From contig CM059425.1 in assembly GCA_030390025.1 (NCBI GenBank), positions 78,616,001 to 78,680,000 on the forward strand: a stretch of DNA of 64,000 bases, given 5' to 3'. Position 1 is the first letter of the stretch. Each line of letters begins with the position of its first letter. This document shows, piece by piece, positions 39,010 through 52,263 of this stretch. Both the position numbers and the translations under genes were made by a program. The notes under the pieces are model-generated. The model saw only the letters and a list, made by a program, of their open reading frames with translations. It made no database searches and was not told where the DNA came from. Source of the DNA: Squalus acanthias (taxonomy: Eukaryota).

Positions 39010-39851
39010 GGGAGCGATCTTGCCAGCCCTGGGGAGGTGGGTTTGGAGGCAGGACTGCCAGGAAAATGGTAGAATCTGGGGGCGGGTATCCATCCCACCC
39101 CCAACCCGCCTCCGTGCCATCTTCTCAGGAGGCGGGTAGCTGACCCACGCCGGATCCCGTCTCCTGGAGGCGGGAAGGGGATTACAGTCACTTAACTGCC
39201 TGTTAACAGGTAGTTAACAGGCAGTTAAGAAGATTATCCCCATTTTTCCAGCAGAGGCGCGGGCTTCCCGACGTTGGGAAACCCCGCCAGGGTCACCGAG
39301 GCGAGCAGTGGGTCTGCGGGGGTTGGAGGGGTCCAAAAGTGCGCTGTGGAGGTGAGTGATGGGTGCAAGTGTGGAGAGGTAAGTATGTGAGGTGAGTGAA
39401 AAGTGATAGAAAATGTTTACTTACCTTTGTTTCTTCCTGCAGGCTTCAACAGTGGGGGATGCAGAGACTCTCGCATCTCACCGGCAGAGATGACAGATGG
39501 CTGCTGCATTCTCCGATGCAACAGCCATCTAATTTCTGCTCACAAAAGAGGTTTGATGAGTCTTGAATACAAGAACTCATCAAACAAAGAATGTCAGTGT
39601 TTGACAGCTTCACAGAGCTGTCAAACGATGACAATTCATCTGTCAAAAATTTTTGACAGATGAATCGTCATACGCTGACATTCTCTGTAACCAGCTTCTC
39701 CTTAATTGGCCTGCTAAGCCGGCTGGGCGGGCTTAACAAGGTCAATCAAGGGAAAATAGCGTGGGTTGGCCACAAGTCGATGGAGGCGGGACTAAAACCC
39801 GACAAGCAGCAGACCCGCCTCCAATGCGCCCCCCTTGACAAAATCGCCCCC
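39010..39851. mobile_element. Harbinger-type MITE
   Basis: TIRs GGGAGCGATCTTG / CAAAATCGCCCCC, TSD AGA. Inverted relative of 45727-46570. Confidence 0.85.
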
Positions 39852-40647
39852 AGAGAAACAGTTGACCTATTTTTTTTAAGATTTTGCTAATTTTAGTATG
39901 CACAGTTAATTTTAAATCAAGTTAGCAGTGCAAGTTTTTATTTTCCATATTAATGGGAAAACATATTCCTTGTACTTGAACAAACCCATCGTGGTCCTCG
40001 CCATTTCTGACATTGCATGTAGTCTTGGATGATCTCACAACCAGAAGGCCAAGAAGGAGCAGATAACTGTTGTTATCTGATTGTACATTGAGCCAAAACA
40101 TACTGTTGTCGCTGTTGAATGTTTTATTTGCATTTGTGATAACAAAAACTGCATAAGACTACATGATTAATTTCACACTAGACAGATTTTCCTCAAAACT
40201 GTATTGAAATTTTTACATTTGTTACCATTATCATGCCCTTCTTTTGTTGACTGTATTCTCTCAGTCACTCTTGCTTGTGTATACAACCATGGAATGAGAT
40301 ATAATAATGATCCTGACCATTTTATCTGGAGAAGTTTTACTCTTATCAAAGTTGAGGATGTCAGAGTTTTCAACAGCCCCTTGCAGTGCCAAACATTGTA
40401 AATCGGAGGCTCCCAACCTGAGATCTTGGGGCAGGGGAGGGGGGAGTGAGGATGAGAGGATGGTTGAGGAGAAGAGTCACCGATGCAACCTCACATAGCT
40501 AGAGGAGGTGCATCAAAAGTCAGAATTTCTTTAAAATTGAAAGAAACTGAGCACATTTAAGTTTAAATTTTAAAAATCGGTGCCGCCTCGCACAGGGCAA
40601 TCTCAGCACAGCACAGATGTTTGAATTCCTGCTGATTTCTAGAAGTG

Positions 40648-40729
40648 GAAGTTAGACCAATCAGAGCTGCTTCTGGTGCACAGTAGTCGGTTTCTATGCA
40701 CCAGAAACAGCTCTGATTGGTCCAACTTC
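40648..40729. repeat. Fold-back hairpin with 36-bp arms
   Basis: GAAGTTAGACCAATCAGAGCTGCTTCTGGTGCACAG ... CTATGCACCAGAAACAGCTCTGATTGGTCCAACTTC, 3 mismatches. Confidence 0.85.
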
Positions 40730-41242
40730 AACTTGATCCAGATGTGGACGCACAACTGAATTCCACAGGAGGGGGTGAGAGTAGCTGCCCTCAACATCAA
40801 GGCAGCATTCGACCAAGAATGGAATCAAGAAGTCCTTGCAAAACTGGGGTCAATGGGAAAACCCTTCAGTGGCATCCGACATACAGGAAGATGTTAGTAG
40901 TTGTCGCAGCCACAGGACATCAGTGTAGGAGTTTCTAGGGCAGCATCCTTTAGCTATTTCATCAATGACCTTCCTCTGTCATAAGGTCAGGAGTGGGGCT
41001 GTTTGCTGCTGATTCTACAGTGTTCAGCTCCTACAGCATGTTCTCCAATAATGGAGCACCCCATGCCAGTCTCCAGCAGGATCTGGACAACATCCAGGCT
41101 TGGGCTGACAAATGTCAGGTAACATTCGTGCCACATAAGGCAATGAGCATCTCCAATAAGGAAAGGCCCAACCCCCTCCCAACCTTCAGTGGCACCACCA
41201 CCACCAAGCACCCCATCATCAACATCCTAGGGTTCACCAATG
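40730..41242 (+). mobile_element. Old RT fragment of the tRNA-headed LINE family (resumes at about 46800-46860)
   Basis: LFAADSTVF...LQQDLDNIQAWADK, homologous to 27900-28460. Confidence 0.8.
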
Positions 41243-41776
41243 ATGTAATGTTTATTGGACTAGCCTTATATCAACACTTTTTATTATTCATTCCTGGGAT
41301 GTGGGTGTCACTGGCAAGGTTGGCATTTGTTCCCATCCCAAGTTACCCTGTACAACTGAGTGGCCTAGAAGGAAGTTAAGGGTTACATTAAGAGACTGGA
41401 ATCACTGAGTGCGGATTGAACAGAGTGCTGCGAGTTGGGTGAGTCAGGGAGTTAGGTGAGGAGTGGAAGGAGGAGCTCCCTTGCTTCGCCTTTGTTTTTC
41501 CTAACTTTTCACCCTGTAGCAATTGGTTCTTACTTTACACCAAGGAAAGGGCCCGAGAGCGGGAGCAGTCAAACAACAACAGCTAAAGTGACGTCACAAC
41601 CAGGGAAGGAGCTGATTGGTAAGTAGGACCTGGTGAGTATTTCTACAGTCCAGTCGTTAAAGTCAAAGTAAGGTCTCTAGTTTAGAGTAAGTAGTGTTTA
41701 AAGGGACGTAAGGTCCCTAGTGTATTTAATATTCTTTAAATTAAAGGAAGTAAAGGGAGTAAATTAAGGGTAGGAC

Positions 41777-42719
41777 ATGGCAGGGCAGCTCGGCTGCGTG
41801 GAGTGCTCCTCCTTTGCTATGTGGGAAGTCAGGGACACTTTAGGTGTCCAGGGCGAACACGTGCAGGAAGTGTCTCCAGCTGCAGCTACTCGAAATCCGC
41901 GTTTCGGAGCTGGAGCTGCAGCTGGAGTCACTGTGGAGCATCCGCGAAGCTGAGATCTTCGTGGCTAGCACGTTTAACGAGGTGGTCACACCGCAGGTAA
42001 AGAGTGCACAGGCAGACAGGAAATGGGTGACCGCCAGACAGAGTAAAAGAACTAGGAAGGTAGTGCAGGAGTCCACTGGGTCCATCTCCCTCTCCAACAG
42101 ATTTTCCGTTTTGGATACTGATGGGGGAGATGGTTTCTCAGGGGAATGCAGCAAGAGCCAAGTCCGTGGCACTACGAGTGGCTCAGCTGCACAGGAGGGG
42201 AGGAAAAAGAGTGGGAGAGCAATAGTGATAGGGGATTCTATCGTAAGGGGAACAGATAGACGTTCCTGTGGCCGCAGACGTGACTCTAGGATGGTATGTT
42301 GCCTCCCTGGTGCCAGGGTCAAGGATGTCACTGAACGGCTGCAGGGCATTCTGAAGGGGGAGGGCAAACAGTCAGAGGTCATGGTCCACATTGGTACCAA
42401 TGACATGGGTAGAAAGAGGGATGAGGTCCTGCAACAAGAATTTAGAGAGCTAGGTAGCAGATTAAAAAGCAGGACCTCAAAGGTTGTAATCTCTGGATTA
42501 CTCCCGGTGCCATGTGCTAGTGAGTATAGGAATAGGAGGATAGAGCAGATGAATGCGTGGCTAAAGAGTTGGTGCAGGAGGGAGGGCTTTAGTTTCCTGG
42601 ATCACTGGGTCTGCTTCTGCGGAAGGTGGGACCTGTACAAGTCGGACGGGTTGCACCTGAACTGGAACGGGACCAATATCCTTGCAGGGAGGTTTGCTAG
42701 TACTGTTGGGGGGGTTTAA
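41777..42719 (+). pseudogene. CR1 ORF1 (zinc finger/leucine zipper plus SGNH esterase), one frameshift near the start
   Basis: CRKC...LELQL, IVIGDSIVRG, HIGTND and DGLHLN motifs. Confidence 0.88.
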
Positions 42720-42843
42720 ACTAACTTGGCAGGGGGATGGGATACGGAGTGGAGCTATAGTAGGGGGTGATGCACAGCCAAATATAGAGGAAAAAACAAG
42801 TCAGCCTGGAAGGCAGAGCAAATATGTAGCGGCACAAGGGAGT

Positions 42844-45720
42844 ATGGCAAGGCTGGATGGCATTTATTTTAATGCAAGGAGTCTTGCGAGTGAGGCAGAT
42901 GAATTGAAGGTGTTGATGAACACATGGGAGTATGATATTGTTGCTATCACAGAGACATGGTTGAGGGAGGAGCAGGACTGGCAGCTCAATATTCGGGGTA
43001 TAGAATCTTCAGGCGAGACAGAGGGGGGTGTAAAAGAGGAGGGGGTGTCGCAATATTAATCAAGGAGTCAATTACTGCAGTAAGGAGGGATGATATCTTA
43101 GAAGGTTCCTCTAATGAGGCCATATGGGTAGAACTTAAAAACAAAAAGGGGCAAGCACTTTGCTGGGAGTGTACTATAGGCCCCCAAACAGTCAGGGGGA
43201 GATAGAGGATCAGATATGTAGGCAAATCTCAGAGAAGTGTAGAAATAATAGGGTAATAATAGTAGGGGATTTCAACTTCCCCAATATTAACTGGGATAGT
43301 CAGAGTGTGAAAGGCTTAGAAGGTGCGGAATTCTTAAAGTGCATCCAGGAGAGCTTTTTGAGCCAGCATGTAGAAAGTCCTACAAGAGAGGGGGTGGTAC
43401 TGGACCTAATTCTAGGGAATGTAGCCGGGCAAGTGGTAGAAGTGTCAGTAGGAAAGCATTTTGGTGACAGTGACCATAATTCGGTGAGATTTAAGGTAGT
43501 CATGGAAAAGGACAAAGACGGACCGGAAATAAAGGTTCTAAATTGGGGGAAGGCCGATTTTAATATGATAAGGCAGGATCTGGCCAAAATGGACTGGGAT
43601 CAGCTACTTGTAGGAAAATCACATCAGAGCAATGGGAGTCTTTCAGAAAGGAAATAGAGAGAGTACAACGCCAACATGTTCCCGTAAAGGTCAAGGGTGG
43701 GACCAACAAGCCCAGGGAACCCTGGATGTCAAGGGATATACGAGAATGGATTAGGAAAAAAAGGGAGGCTTTTGGCAGATACAAAGGACTAAAAACTGTG
43801 GAAGCCCTAGAGAAGTATAGAAAGTGCAGGGGGGTACTTAAAAAAGAAATTAGGAGAGCGAAGAGGGGGCATGAAAAAACACTGGCGGGCAAAATAAAGG
43901 AAAATCCCAAGGTGTTTTATAAGTATATTAAGGGCAAGAGGATAACCAGGGAAAGAGTAGGGCCCATTAGGGACCAAAGTGGCAATCTGTGTGTGGAGCC
44001 GGAAGATGTAGGTGAGGTTTTAAATGAATATTTTGCATCTGTGTTCACTATGGAGAAGGGTGATGTAGGCATAGAAATCAGGCAGGGGGATTGTGATATA
44101 CTTGAACAAATTAGTATTGAGAGGGAGGAGATACTAGCGGTTTTAGCGGGCTTAAAAGTGGATAAATCCCCAGGCCCTGACAGGATGTATCCCAGGCTGC
44201 AGTGTGAGGCAAGGGAGGAGATTGCAGGGGCTCTGACACAAATTTTCAGAACCTCTCTGGCCACAGGGGAGGTGCCAGAGGACTGGAGAACAGCTAACGT
44301 AGTACCATTGTTCAAGAAGGGTAGTAGGGATAAACCAGGGAATTACAGGCCAGTAAGCCTAACATCAGTGGTAGGGAAATTATTGGAAAAAATTCTGAGG
44401 GACAGAATTAGTCTCCACTTGGAGAGGCAAGGATTAATCAAGGATAGTCAGCATGGCTTTGTCAGGGGGAGATTACGTCTGACCAATTTGATTGAATTTT
44501 TCGAGGGGGTGACTAGGTGTGTGGATGAGGGTAGTGCAGTTGATGTAGTCTACATGGACTTCAGTAAGGCTTTTGACAAAGTCCCGCATGGGAGACTGGT
44601 CAAGAAGGTAAGAGCCCATGGGATCCAGGGCAATTTGGCACATTGGATCCAAAATTGGCTTAGTGGCAGGAGGCAGAGGGTGATGGTCGAAGGTTGTTTT
44701 TGTGACTGGAAGCCTGTGTCCAGTGGTGTACCGCAGGGATTGGTGCTGGGTCCTTTGCTGTTTGTAGTGTACATTAATGATTTAGATATGAATGTAGGAG
44801 ATATGATCAGTAAGTTCGCAGATGACACGAAAATTGGTGGAGTGGTAAATAGCGAGGAGGGAAGCCTCAGGCTACAGGACGATATAGACGGGATGGTTAG
44901 ATGTGCAGAACAGTGGAAAATGGAATTTAACCCCGAAAAGTGTGAGGTGATGCATTTTGGGAGGACTAACAAGGCAAGGGAATACACAATGAATGGTAGG
45001 ATCCTAGGAAGGACAGAGGATCAGAGGGACCTTGGTGTGCATGTACATAGATCCCTGAAAGCAGCAGGACAGGTAGAAAAGGTGGTTAAAAAGGCATATG
45101 GGATACTTGCCTTCATTAGCGGAGGCATAGAATATAAGAGCAGGGAGGTTATGATGGAGCTGTACAAAACGCAAGTTAGGCCACAGCTGGAATACTGTGT
45201 GCAGTTCTGGTCGCCACACTATAGGAAGGATGTGATTGCATTGGAGAGGGTGCAGAGGAGATTCACCAGGATGTTACCTGGGCTGGAGCGCTTCAGCTAT
45301 GAAGAGAGACTGGATAGGCTGGGGTTGTTTTCCTTAGAGCAGAGAAGGCTGAGGGGGGACCTGATTGAGGTGTACAAAATTATGAGGGGCATAGATAGGG
45401 TAGATAGAAAGGCACTTTTCCCCTTAGTAGAGGGGTCAATAACAGGGGGGCATAGTTTCAAGGTAAGAGGCAGGAGGTTTAGAGGGGTTTTGAGGAAAAA
45501 CTTTTTCACCCAGAGGGTGGTTGGAATCTGGAACTCACTGCCTGAAAGGGTGGTAGAGGCAGGAACCCTCACAACATTCAAGAAGCATTTAGATGAGAAC
45601 TTGAAACGCCATAGCATACAAGGCTACGGACGAAGTGCTGGAAAATGGGATTCGAATAGACAGGGCTTGATAGCCGGCGTGGACATGATGGGCCGAAGGG
45701 CCTCTTTCTATGCTGTATAA
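42844..45720 (+). pseudogene. CR1 ORF2 (APE endonuclease plus reverse transcriptase), frameshifted
   Basis: YFNARSL, ITETW, GDFN, SDHN, QHGF, PQG-VLGP and KFADD across ORFs 42682, 42957, 43160 and 43726. Confidence 0.92.
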
Positions 45721-45726
45721 CTCTAT

Positions 45727-46570
45727 GGGCTCGATTTTGTCAATGGGGACGTGATGGAGGCGGGACTCCCACTTTTTGGGTTGTAGTCCTGCCTCCATCG
45801 ATTTGTGGCCAACCCACGCTACTTTCCCTTGATTGACCTTGTTAAGCCCACCCAGCGGGCTCAGCAGGCCAATTAAGGGACACCTGGATACTGGTGACGT
45901 CAGCGATTGACATTTCATCTGTCAAGAGCTTTTCACACATGAAATATCAGCGTTTGACAGCTCTGTGCAGCTGTCAAACACTGACAATCTGTCTTCTAAC
46001 TTGAGTCCTTCTACTTAGACTCAGTTAGAGAGCTCTCCAGACCAGAAAGCAGAGGCTGCAGCTTTTGACAGCTCAGCAGCCATTCTGCTTTCTGTGCCGG
46101 TGAGCTGAGGGACTCCCGAGAACTGAAGGGAGGAAGCCTGGAGGAGAAAGTAAAGGTAAGTAAAACTTATTAAAACACTTTACACACACCAAACACACTT
46201 ACCTCTGCACTCATGCACCTATCACTCACCTGTACACCGGACATCTCGACCCCTCCAAGCCCTGCAGACCGACGGTCCACCTCGCTAATTTGGCGTGGTT
46301 TGGAGCCATCGGGCAGCCCACACTTCAGGGCTAAAAATAGGGATTAGCCAAAAAACTGCCTATTAACTACCTGTTAACAGGCAGTTAATTGGCACTAATC
46401 CCCTTCCCGCCTCGGGGAGGCGGCTCCCAGCACAGGTCGGGTACCCACCTCCTGGGACATTTGCATGGAAGCGGGTTGGGGGCAGGATGGGTACGTGTCC
46501 CCCGAATCTGCAATTTTCCCACCACTCCCGCCTCCAAACCCGCCTCCACGGGGCTTGGAAAATCGAGCCC
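45727..46570. mobile_element. Harbinger-type MITE inserted in the CR1 tail
   Basis: TIRs GGGCTCGATTTT / AAAATCGAGCCC, TSD TAT. Confidence 0.9.
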
Positions 46571-47382
46571 TATAACTCTATGACTATGACTCTATATAGG
46601 CCAGACCAGGTAAGGACAGCAAGTTTTCTTTTATTTAGGACATTAGTGAACCAGTTCGGTTTTTACAACAATCCAGTAGCTCCGTGGTCACTTTCTTTCA
46701 ACTGTTACCAGCTTCTTATGTCCAGATTTTTATTTTAACTGAATTCAAATTCTCAAACTGCCCTGGTGGAACTTGGAACTCAAATTCTCTGAATTATAAG
46801 AGCAGAGCAGAGGCTGGGTACTCTGACAACTGGCCCACCTCCTGACCCCTTGAGCCAGGGGTTTGATGGAACATTCACCACTTAAGGATGGAGCCTTGAG
46901 GTGCTGCGGCGGTGACTGTCCAGGGTGGAAAGAGAAGCCATTGATGTGTTGACTATTTTCGGACAGGTGGGAGTAGAAAAAGGCAAGGTGAACCACAGAG
47001 GATAGGCAGTGGAGGGGGATTAAAATGCCAAATGTAGCTGTGGGTGGGGTAGGAGAATAGTGCAAAATAATTTGCTCTTTCCACACCTTAACTTCAAAAT
47101 ACCCAGGAAGTTCTTTTAACTTCCATGTGGTTGATCACAGTATAAAATCCTATAGTATGTTCTGTAGAGTCCTCTTTATCTCTGCAAAATTATTCCAAAA
47201 ATCCATACTGATCATCTGGAACCTTGTTGGAAATTTTGGAATGACATCTTGGTAGATATTTTGACATGAATATTATTGCACTTACCAGCCTCTGACTAAG
47301 AAAGAAATTACTTTGAATGGAGCAACAATGTTTGACTTTACCCAAAATTACCCAAAGTTGCATTAATACAGTACAACATAAT

Positions 47383-48126
47383 GGCCCAAAAATTAGTGCC
47401 GCTACGCGAGAGTACGCACTGTGTACTCTCGCGTATTCTGTCTCCAATTGCCGGTTTTCTGCATGCACTGCGCATGCGCTGAAAACCGGCACTTGGTGAT
47501 TTCAAAAGGGGGCGGTTCCTAGGTGAACCGCGTGCGCGCTACAGGCTGCGTGCACGCAGTGCACTTAGTGCTTTGAACGCGCAGGTAAGCATGGAACATT
47601 TTACACATAAAGAAAGGAGGCGTAAGACCCTCTTTTAACAAGGTAAGTAGTTAATTAAGTATTATTTTGAATTTTTTTCAACAGGTATATCTTTTTTTAG
47701 AGACTTTAAAGAAAGGTAAGTTTATTTTTATAACTTTTTAAAAGATTTAAAATTTTTTCAAAAATTTAATTTTTTGTTTAAAGTGGTTAATTTATTTAAC
47801 TATACTTATTTTATTAATGTGATGGTTTTTTAAAAAATTTAATTGAGGTTTAGCTGTTCTTTTGGGGGGGTATAGTATTCATAGCTTTCACAGCCGTGCT
47901 GTGAAAGCTATGAATGAAAGATGGTGTGCTGCCATTGGCTCTAACTGAGTCACGTGATCCCACAGCTCGCACGAATTAACTGCGCTTATGGGATACGAAA
48001 GCCCTGCACAGCTGCTGTCCAGAACATCAAGTTCGTGCGAGCTGGGAATAAAAAAGCCAACGCGCAGTGAGAGATCGCGGGGAAGCCTTACCCTCGCACG
48101 AAGGCTCACTCACTAATTTTTGGGCC
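47383..48126. mobile_element. Harbinger-type MITE
   Basis: Perfect 16-bp TIR GGCCCAAAAATTAGTG, TSD AAT, related to 3361-4125. Confidence 0.9.
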
Positions 48127-49492
48127 AATGGCTTCATTTATACTGAGTAGGACCAAGTCTATGGAAAGAAAGCTAAAGATGGGTGATTAGAAAATAAATG
48201 TATCCATATATCTCTGAGAGAGGTAATTTCTGTCACCACTGGTGTAAATAATCACGTCTATATAAATCTAGACCTGCTGTCTGGTGTGAAGAATTGCCAT
48301 TCAATCTTTTTCAATTACGCTAAATTTCTGATGCAAGTGCTTATGAGACATCGAGTGTCCTTGGTTGGCCTTCATTAGAGTGATAAATTTCTCAAGAGGC
48401 AATGTAAATAATAGCAAAAAAAAAATCTGAAAATTAAGATGGAGTTGAGGTGTGAAATTTGCCATCTCGGGTAAAAGTTTCCAACAATTTGCATTTCTGC
48501 AAATTCTTGCTTTATGACTTGTAATTCATCTCAAATTATCATACTGCTGAATCTTGTTAAAACTTAAAGAGAAAGAAAGTAATCTGAAACTGGCTTCAGG
48601 ATCAAAAAACATGTATAGGAATAGATAAGTGTAGCAAAGGATACCTTCTGACTAAAGTTGCAATATTTTTGTCATTTGTCAGCTCCTTAATTACAGTATT
48701 TGTTTTGTCTCTTTTCTTTTGAAAGTCCCATATTCACTACCATTTGGTGTTATTTCTGTTTCGTTGTGCAATATAGCTGTCATTTCTACCAGAATCCCCG
48801 AGTTTTACAGATAAATATCATCTTAGAATGGTGCAAGTAGGGAAACCACAAAAGTGACAAATCAATGATGTACGAGCCTCCAAGCTGGCTGTTTCTGGAG
48901 TCTGATATTGGATCAAAAATTGTGTATGTCACCAAAATGATTTCAGGCACTGGCTTTTGAGGATTTGGGTTAGGTTTAGCAGATTATGTTTGTGTTTTTT
49001 TTTTTACTATTCAGCAAAATATGATCAGAAAATGTTGTTGCTGACAGCTTACAGGAGCGAACTTCCCAACCTAGAAAACGTAACAAAAGCTGAAAACTTC
49101 AGAATGGCCCTGATTATAAATGTGACAACAAATAGTTACACAGACTTGGCATCTTAAGCTCTAGGTATACACAACATTCGTACACTTGCCACTAAATATT
49201 GATTTGTGTGGGCTTTCTCTTTTTCTGTCTTGATTTATAAGCTGGGAAATAACGATAAAAGAATATGCAGGGTCTGCAGGATGTTGGAGGTTGATTGTCA
49301 GATATTTTGTATGTATTAGCAATAACTCCACAGCCCAGGAATCTAATAACTAACTGCAATGGTAAGGGACACTGTGAACGAATGCAGTTAATTATCACTC
49401 AGTCCACACTATGCAGTGCATTCCAGACAAAGATTTAAAATCCAAACCCGTAGCAAAAAATGTCAACAGCATGTTATAAGTATTCCTTCACT

Positions 49493-52263
49493 TAGAAACA
49501 TAGAAACACAGAAGATAGGAGCAGGAGTAGGCCATTCGGCCCCTCGAGCCTGCTCCGCCATTCGATGAGATCATGGCTGATCATCCAAACTCAGTACCCT
49601 GTACCTGCCTTCTCCCCATAGCCCTTGATACCTTTATCTTTAAGAAATATATCTAACTCATTCTTGAATATATTTAATGACTTGGCCTCAACTACCTTCT
49701 GTGGTAGAGGATTCCACAGGTTCACCACTCTCTGGGTGAAGAAATTCTTCCTCATTCCTGTCCTAAATGGCTTTCCCCTTATCCTTAGACTATGACCCCT
49801 GGTTCTGGACTCTCTGACCATCGGGAACATTCTTCCTGCATCTAGTTTGTCCAGACCTGTCAGAATTTTATATGTTTCGATGAGATCCCCTCTCATTCTT
49901 CTATACTCCAGCGAGTATAAGCCCAATCGACCCAATCTCTCCTCATATGTCATTCCTGCCATCCCAGGTATCAGCCTTGTGAATCTTCGCTGAACTCCTT
50001 CCATGGCAAGAACATCCTTCCTCAGATAAGGCGACCAAAACTGCACACAGTACTCAAGGTGTGGTCTCACCAAGGCCCTGTACAACTGCAGCATGACATC
50101 CCTGTTCCTATACTCAAACCCTTTCGCTATGAAGGCCAACATACCATTTGCCTTCTTCACCGCCTGCTGCACCTGCATGCTTACCTTCAGCGACTGGTGC
50201 ACAAGGACGCCCACGTCTCGTTGCACTTCCCCTTCTCCCAATCTATTGCCATTCAGATAATAGTCTGCCTTTCTGTTTTTGACACCAAAGTGGATAACCT
50301 CGCATTTATCCATGTTATATTGCATCTGCCACACTTCTGCCCACTCACCCAACCTGTCCAAATCATCCTGGAGTTTCTCGGTATCCTCCTCGCAGCACAC
50401 ACGCCCACCCAGCTTTGTGTCATCTGCAAACTTGGAGATATTACATTTAGTTCCCTTATCTAGATCATTAATGTATATTGTGAATAGCTGGGGTCCAAGG
50501 GCCGATCCCTGCGGTACCCCACTAGTCACTGCCTGCCACTCGGAAAAAGACCCATTAATTCCTACTCTCTGCTTTCTGTCCGCCAACCAGTTCTCTATCC
50601 AAGTCAATACCTTGCCCCCAATCCCATGTGCCTTAACTTTACACGCTAATCTCTTATGCATGACCTTATCGAAAGCCTTTTGAAAGTACAAATACACCAC
50701 ATCTACTGGTTCTCCCTTATCTATTTTCCCAGTTACATCCTCAAAAAATTCCAGTAGATTAGTCAAGCACGATTTACCTTTTGTAAATCCATGTTGACTT
50801 TGTCCGATCCTGTCACTGTTTTTCAAGTGCTCAGCTATTACATCCTTTATAATGGACTCTAGCATTTTCCCCACTACCGATGTCAGGCTTACCGGTCTGT
50901 AATTCCCCGCTTTCTCTCTACCACCCTTTTTGAATAGTGGGGTAACATTAGCTACCCTCCAATCCATGGGTACAGTTCCAGATTCCATCGAATGTTGGAA
51001 GATGATCAGCAATGCATCTACTATTTCTAGGGCCACTTTCTTAAGTACCCTAGGATGTAGATTATCAGGTCCTGGGGATTTATCGGCCTTCAATCCCGTC
51101 AATTTCCCTAACACCATTTCCCTGCAAATACTGATTTCTTTCAGTTCCTCCCTTTCATCAGACCCTTTGTTCTCCAACATCTCTGGGAGGTTATTTGTGT
51201 CCTCCTTTGTGAAGACAGAACCAAAATATGCATTTAATTGGGCTGCCATTTCTTTGTTCCCCATTATAACTTCCCCCGCTTCTGACTGCAAGTGACCTAC
51301 ACTTGATTTCACTAATCTTTTTCTCTTCACATATCTATAAAAGCTCTTACAGTCAGTTTTTATGTTCCCTGCAAGCTTACTTTCATATTCTATTTTCTCC
51401 TTCTTAATTAATCCCTTTGTCCTCCTTTGTTGAATCCTAAACTACTCCCAATCCTCAGGGTTACCGCTTTTTCTGGCCAATTTATATGCCCTCTCCTTGG
51501 ATCTTATGTTATCCCTAATTTCCCTTGTTAGCCACGGTTGAGTCACCCTTTTTGTTTTATTCTTATGCCACACTGGGATGAACAAATTCTGTAGTTCATC
51601 CATGCAGTCTTTGAATGTTTGCCATTGCCTATCCACCGTCAACCCTTTGAGTGACATTCCCCAATCAATCCTACCCAATTCGCGCCTCATACCATCGTAG
51701 TTTCCTTTATTTAAATTCAGGACCCTAGTCTCTGATTCAACTACTTCACTTTCCATCCTAATGAAGAATTCTATCATATTATGATCACTCTGACCCAAGG
51801 GGCCTCGTACAACAAGATTGCTAATTAATCCTTCTCGTTACATAATACCCAGTCTAAGATGGCCTGATCTCTGGTTGGTTCCTCGACATATTGTTCCAGA
51901 AAACCATCCCGTAAACATTCTAGGAATTCCTCCTCCACAGTATTTTTACTAATTTGGTTAGCCCAATCTATATGTAAATTAAAGTCACTCATGATGACTG
52001 CTGTGCCCTTACTGCATGCTTCTCTAATTTCCCTTTTAATGCCATCCCCAACCTCCGTATTACTGTTTGGAGGTCTATATACCACTCCCACTAATGTTTT
52101 CTGCCCCTTGTTATTTCTCAGTTCTACCCATACAGATTCCGCATCATCAGAGTTACTATCTTTCCTTTCAATTGTGTTAATCCCCTCTTTAACCAGCAAT
52201 GCTACCCCACCTCCCTTTCTTTTTTGCCTATCTTTCCTAAATATTGAATACCCCTGGATGTTG
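49493..52263 (-). mobile_element. 5'-truncated CR1 LINE with an open 579-aa RT segment (49591-51330)
   Basis: RT motifs QHGF, PQGS and KFADD, APE remnants at 51825-52199, and a TAGAAACA tail. Confidence 0.95.

Larger units (their letters stand above)
41405..45723 (+). mobile_element. Full-length CR1 LINE
   Basis: 5' UTR, ORF1, ORF2 and a CTCTAT-type microsatellite tail that continues after the MITE at 46571-46595. Confidence 0.95.
41278..46797 (-). mobile_element. tRNA-SINE-like derivative split by a CR1 insertion (pieces 41278-41405 and about 46594-46797)
   Basis: The halves join as ...CTGGAATCAC|ATATAGGCCAGACC..., matching the intact 63283-63306. Confidence 0.75.

Noticed and set aside
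43300-45918. Minus-strand ORFs over the CR1 (similarly plus-strand ORFs at 50059-51295 and minus at 56067-57238)
   Set aside because: Antisense shadow frames of LINE ORF2.
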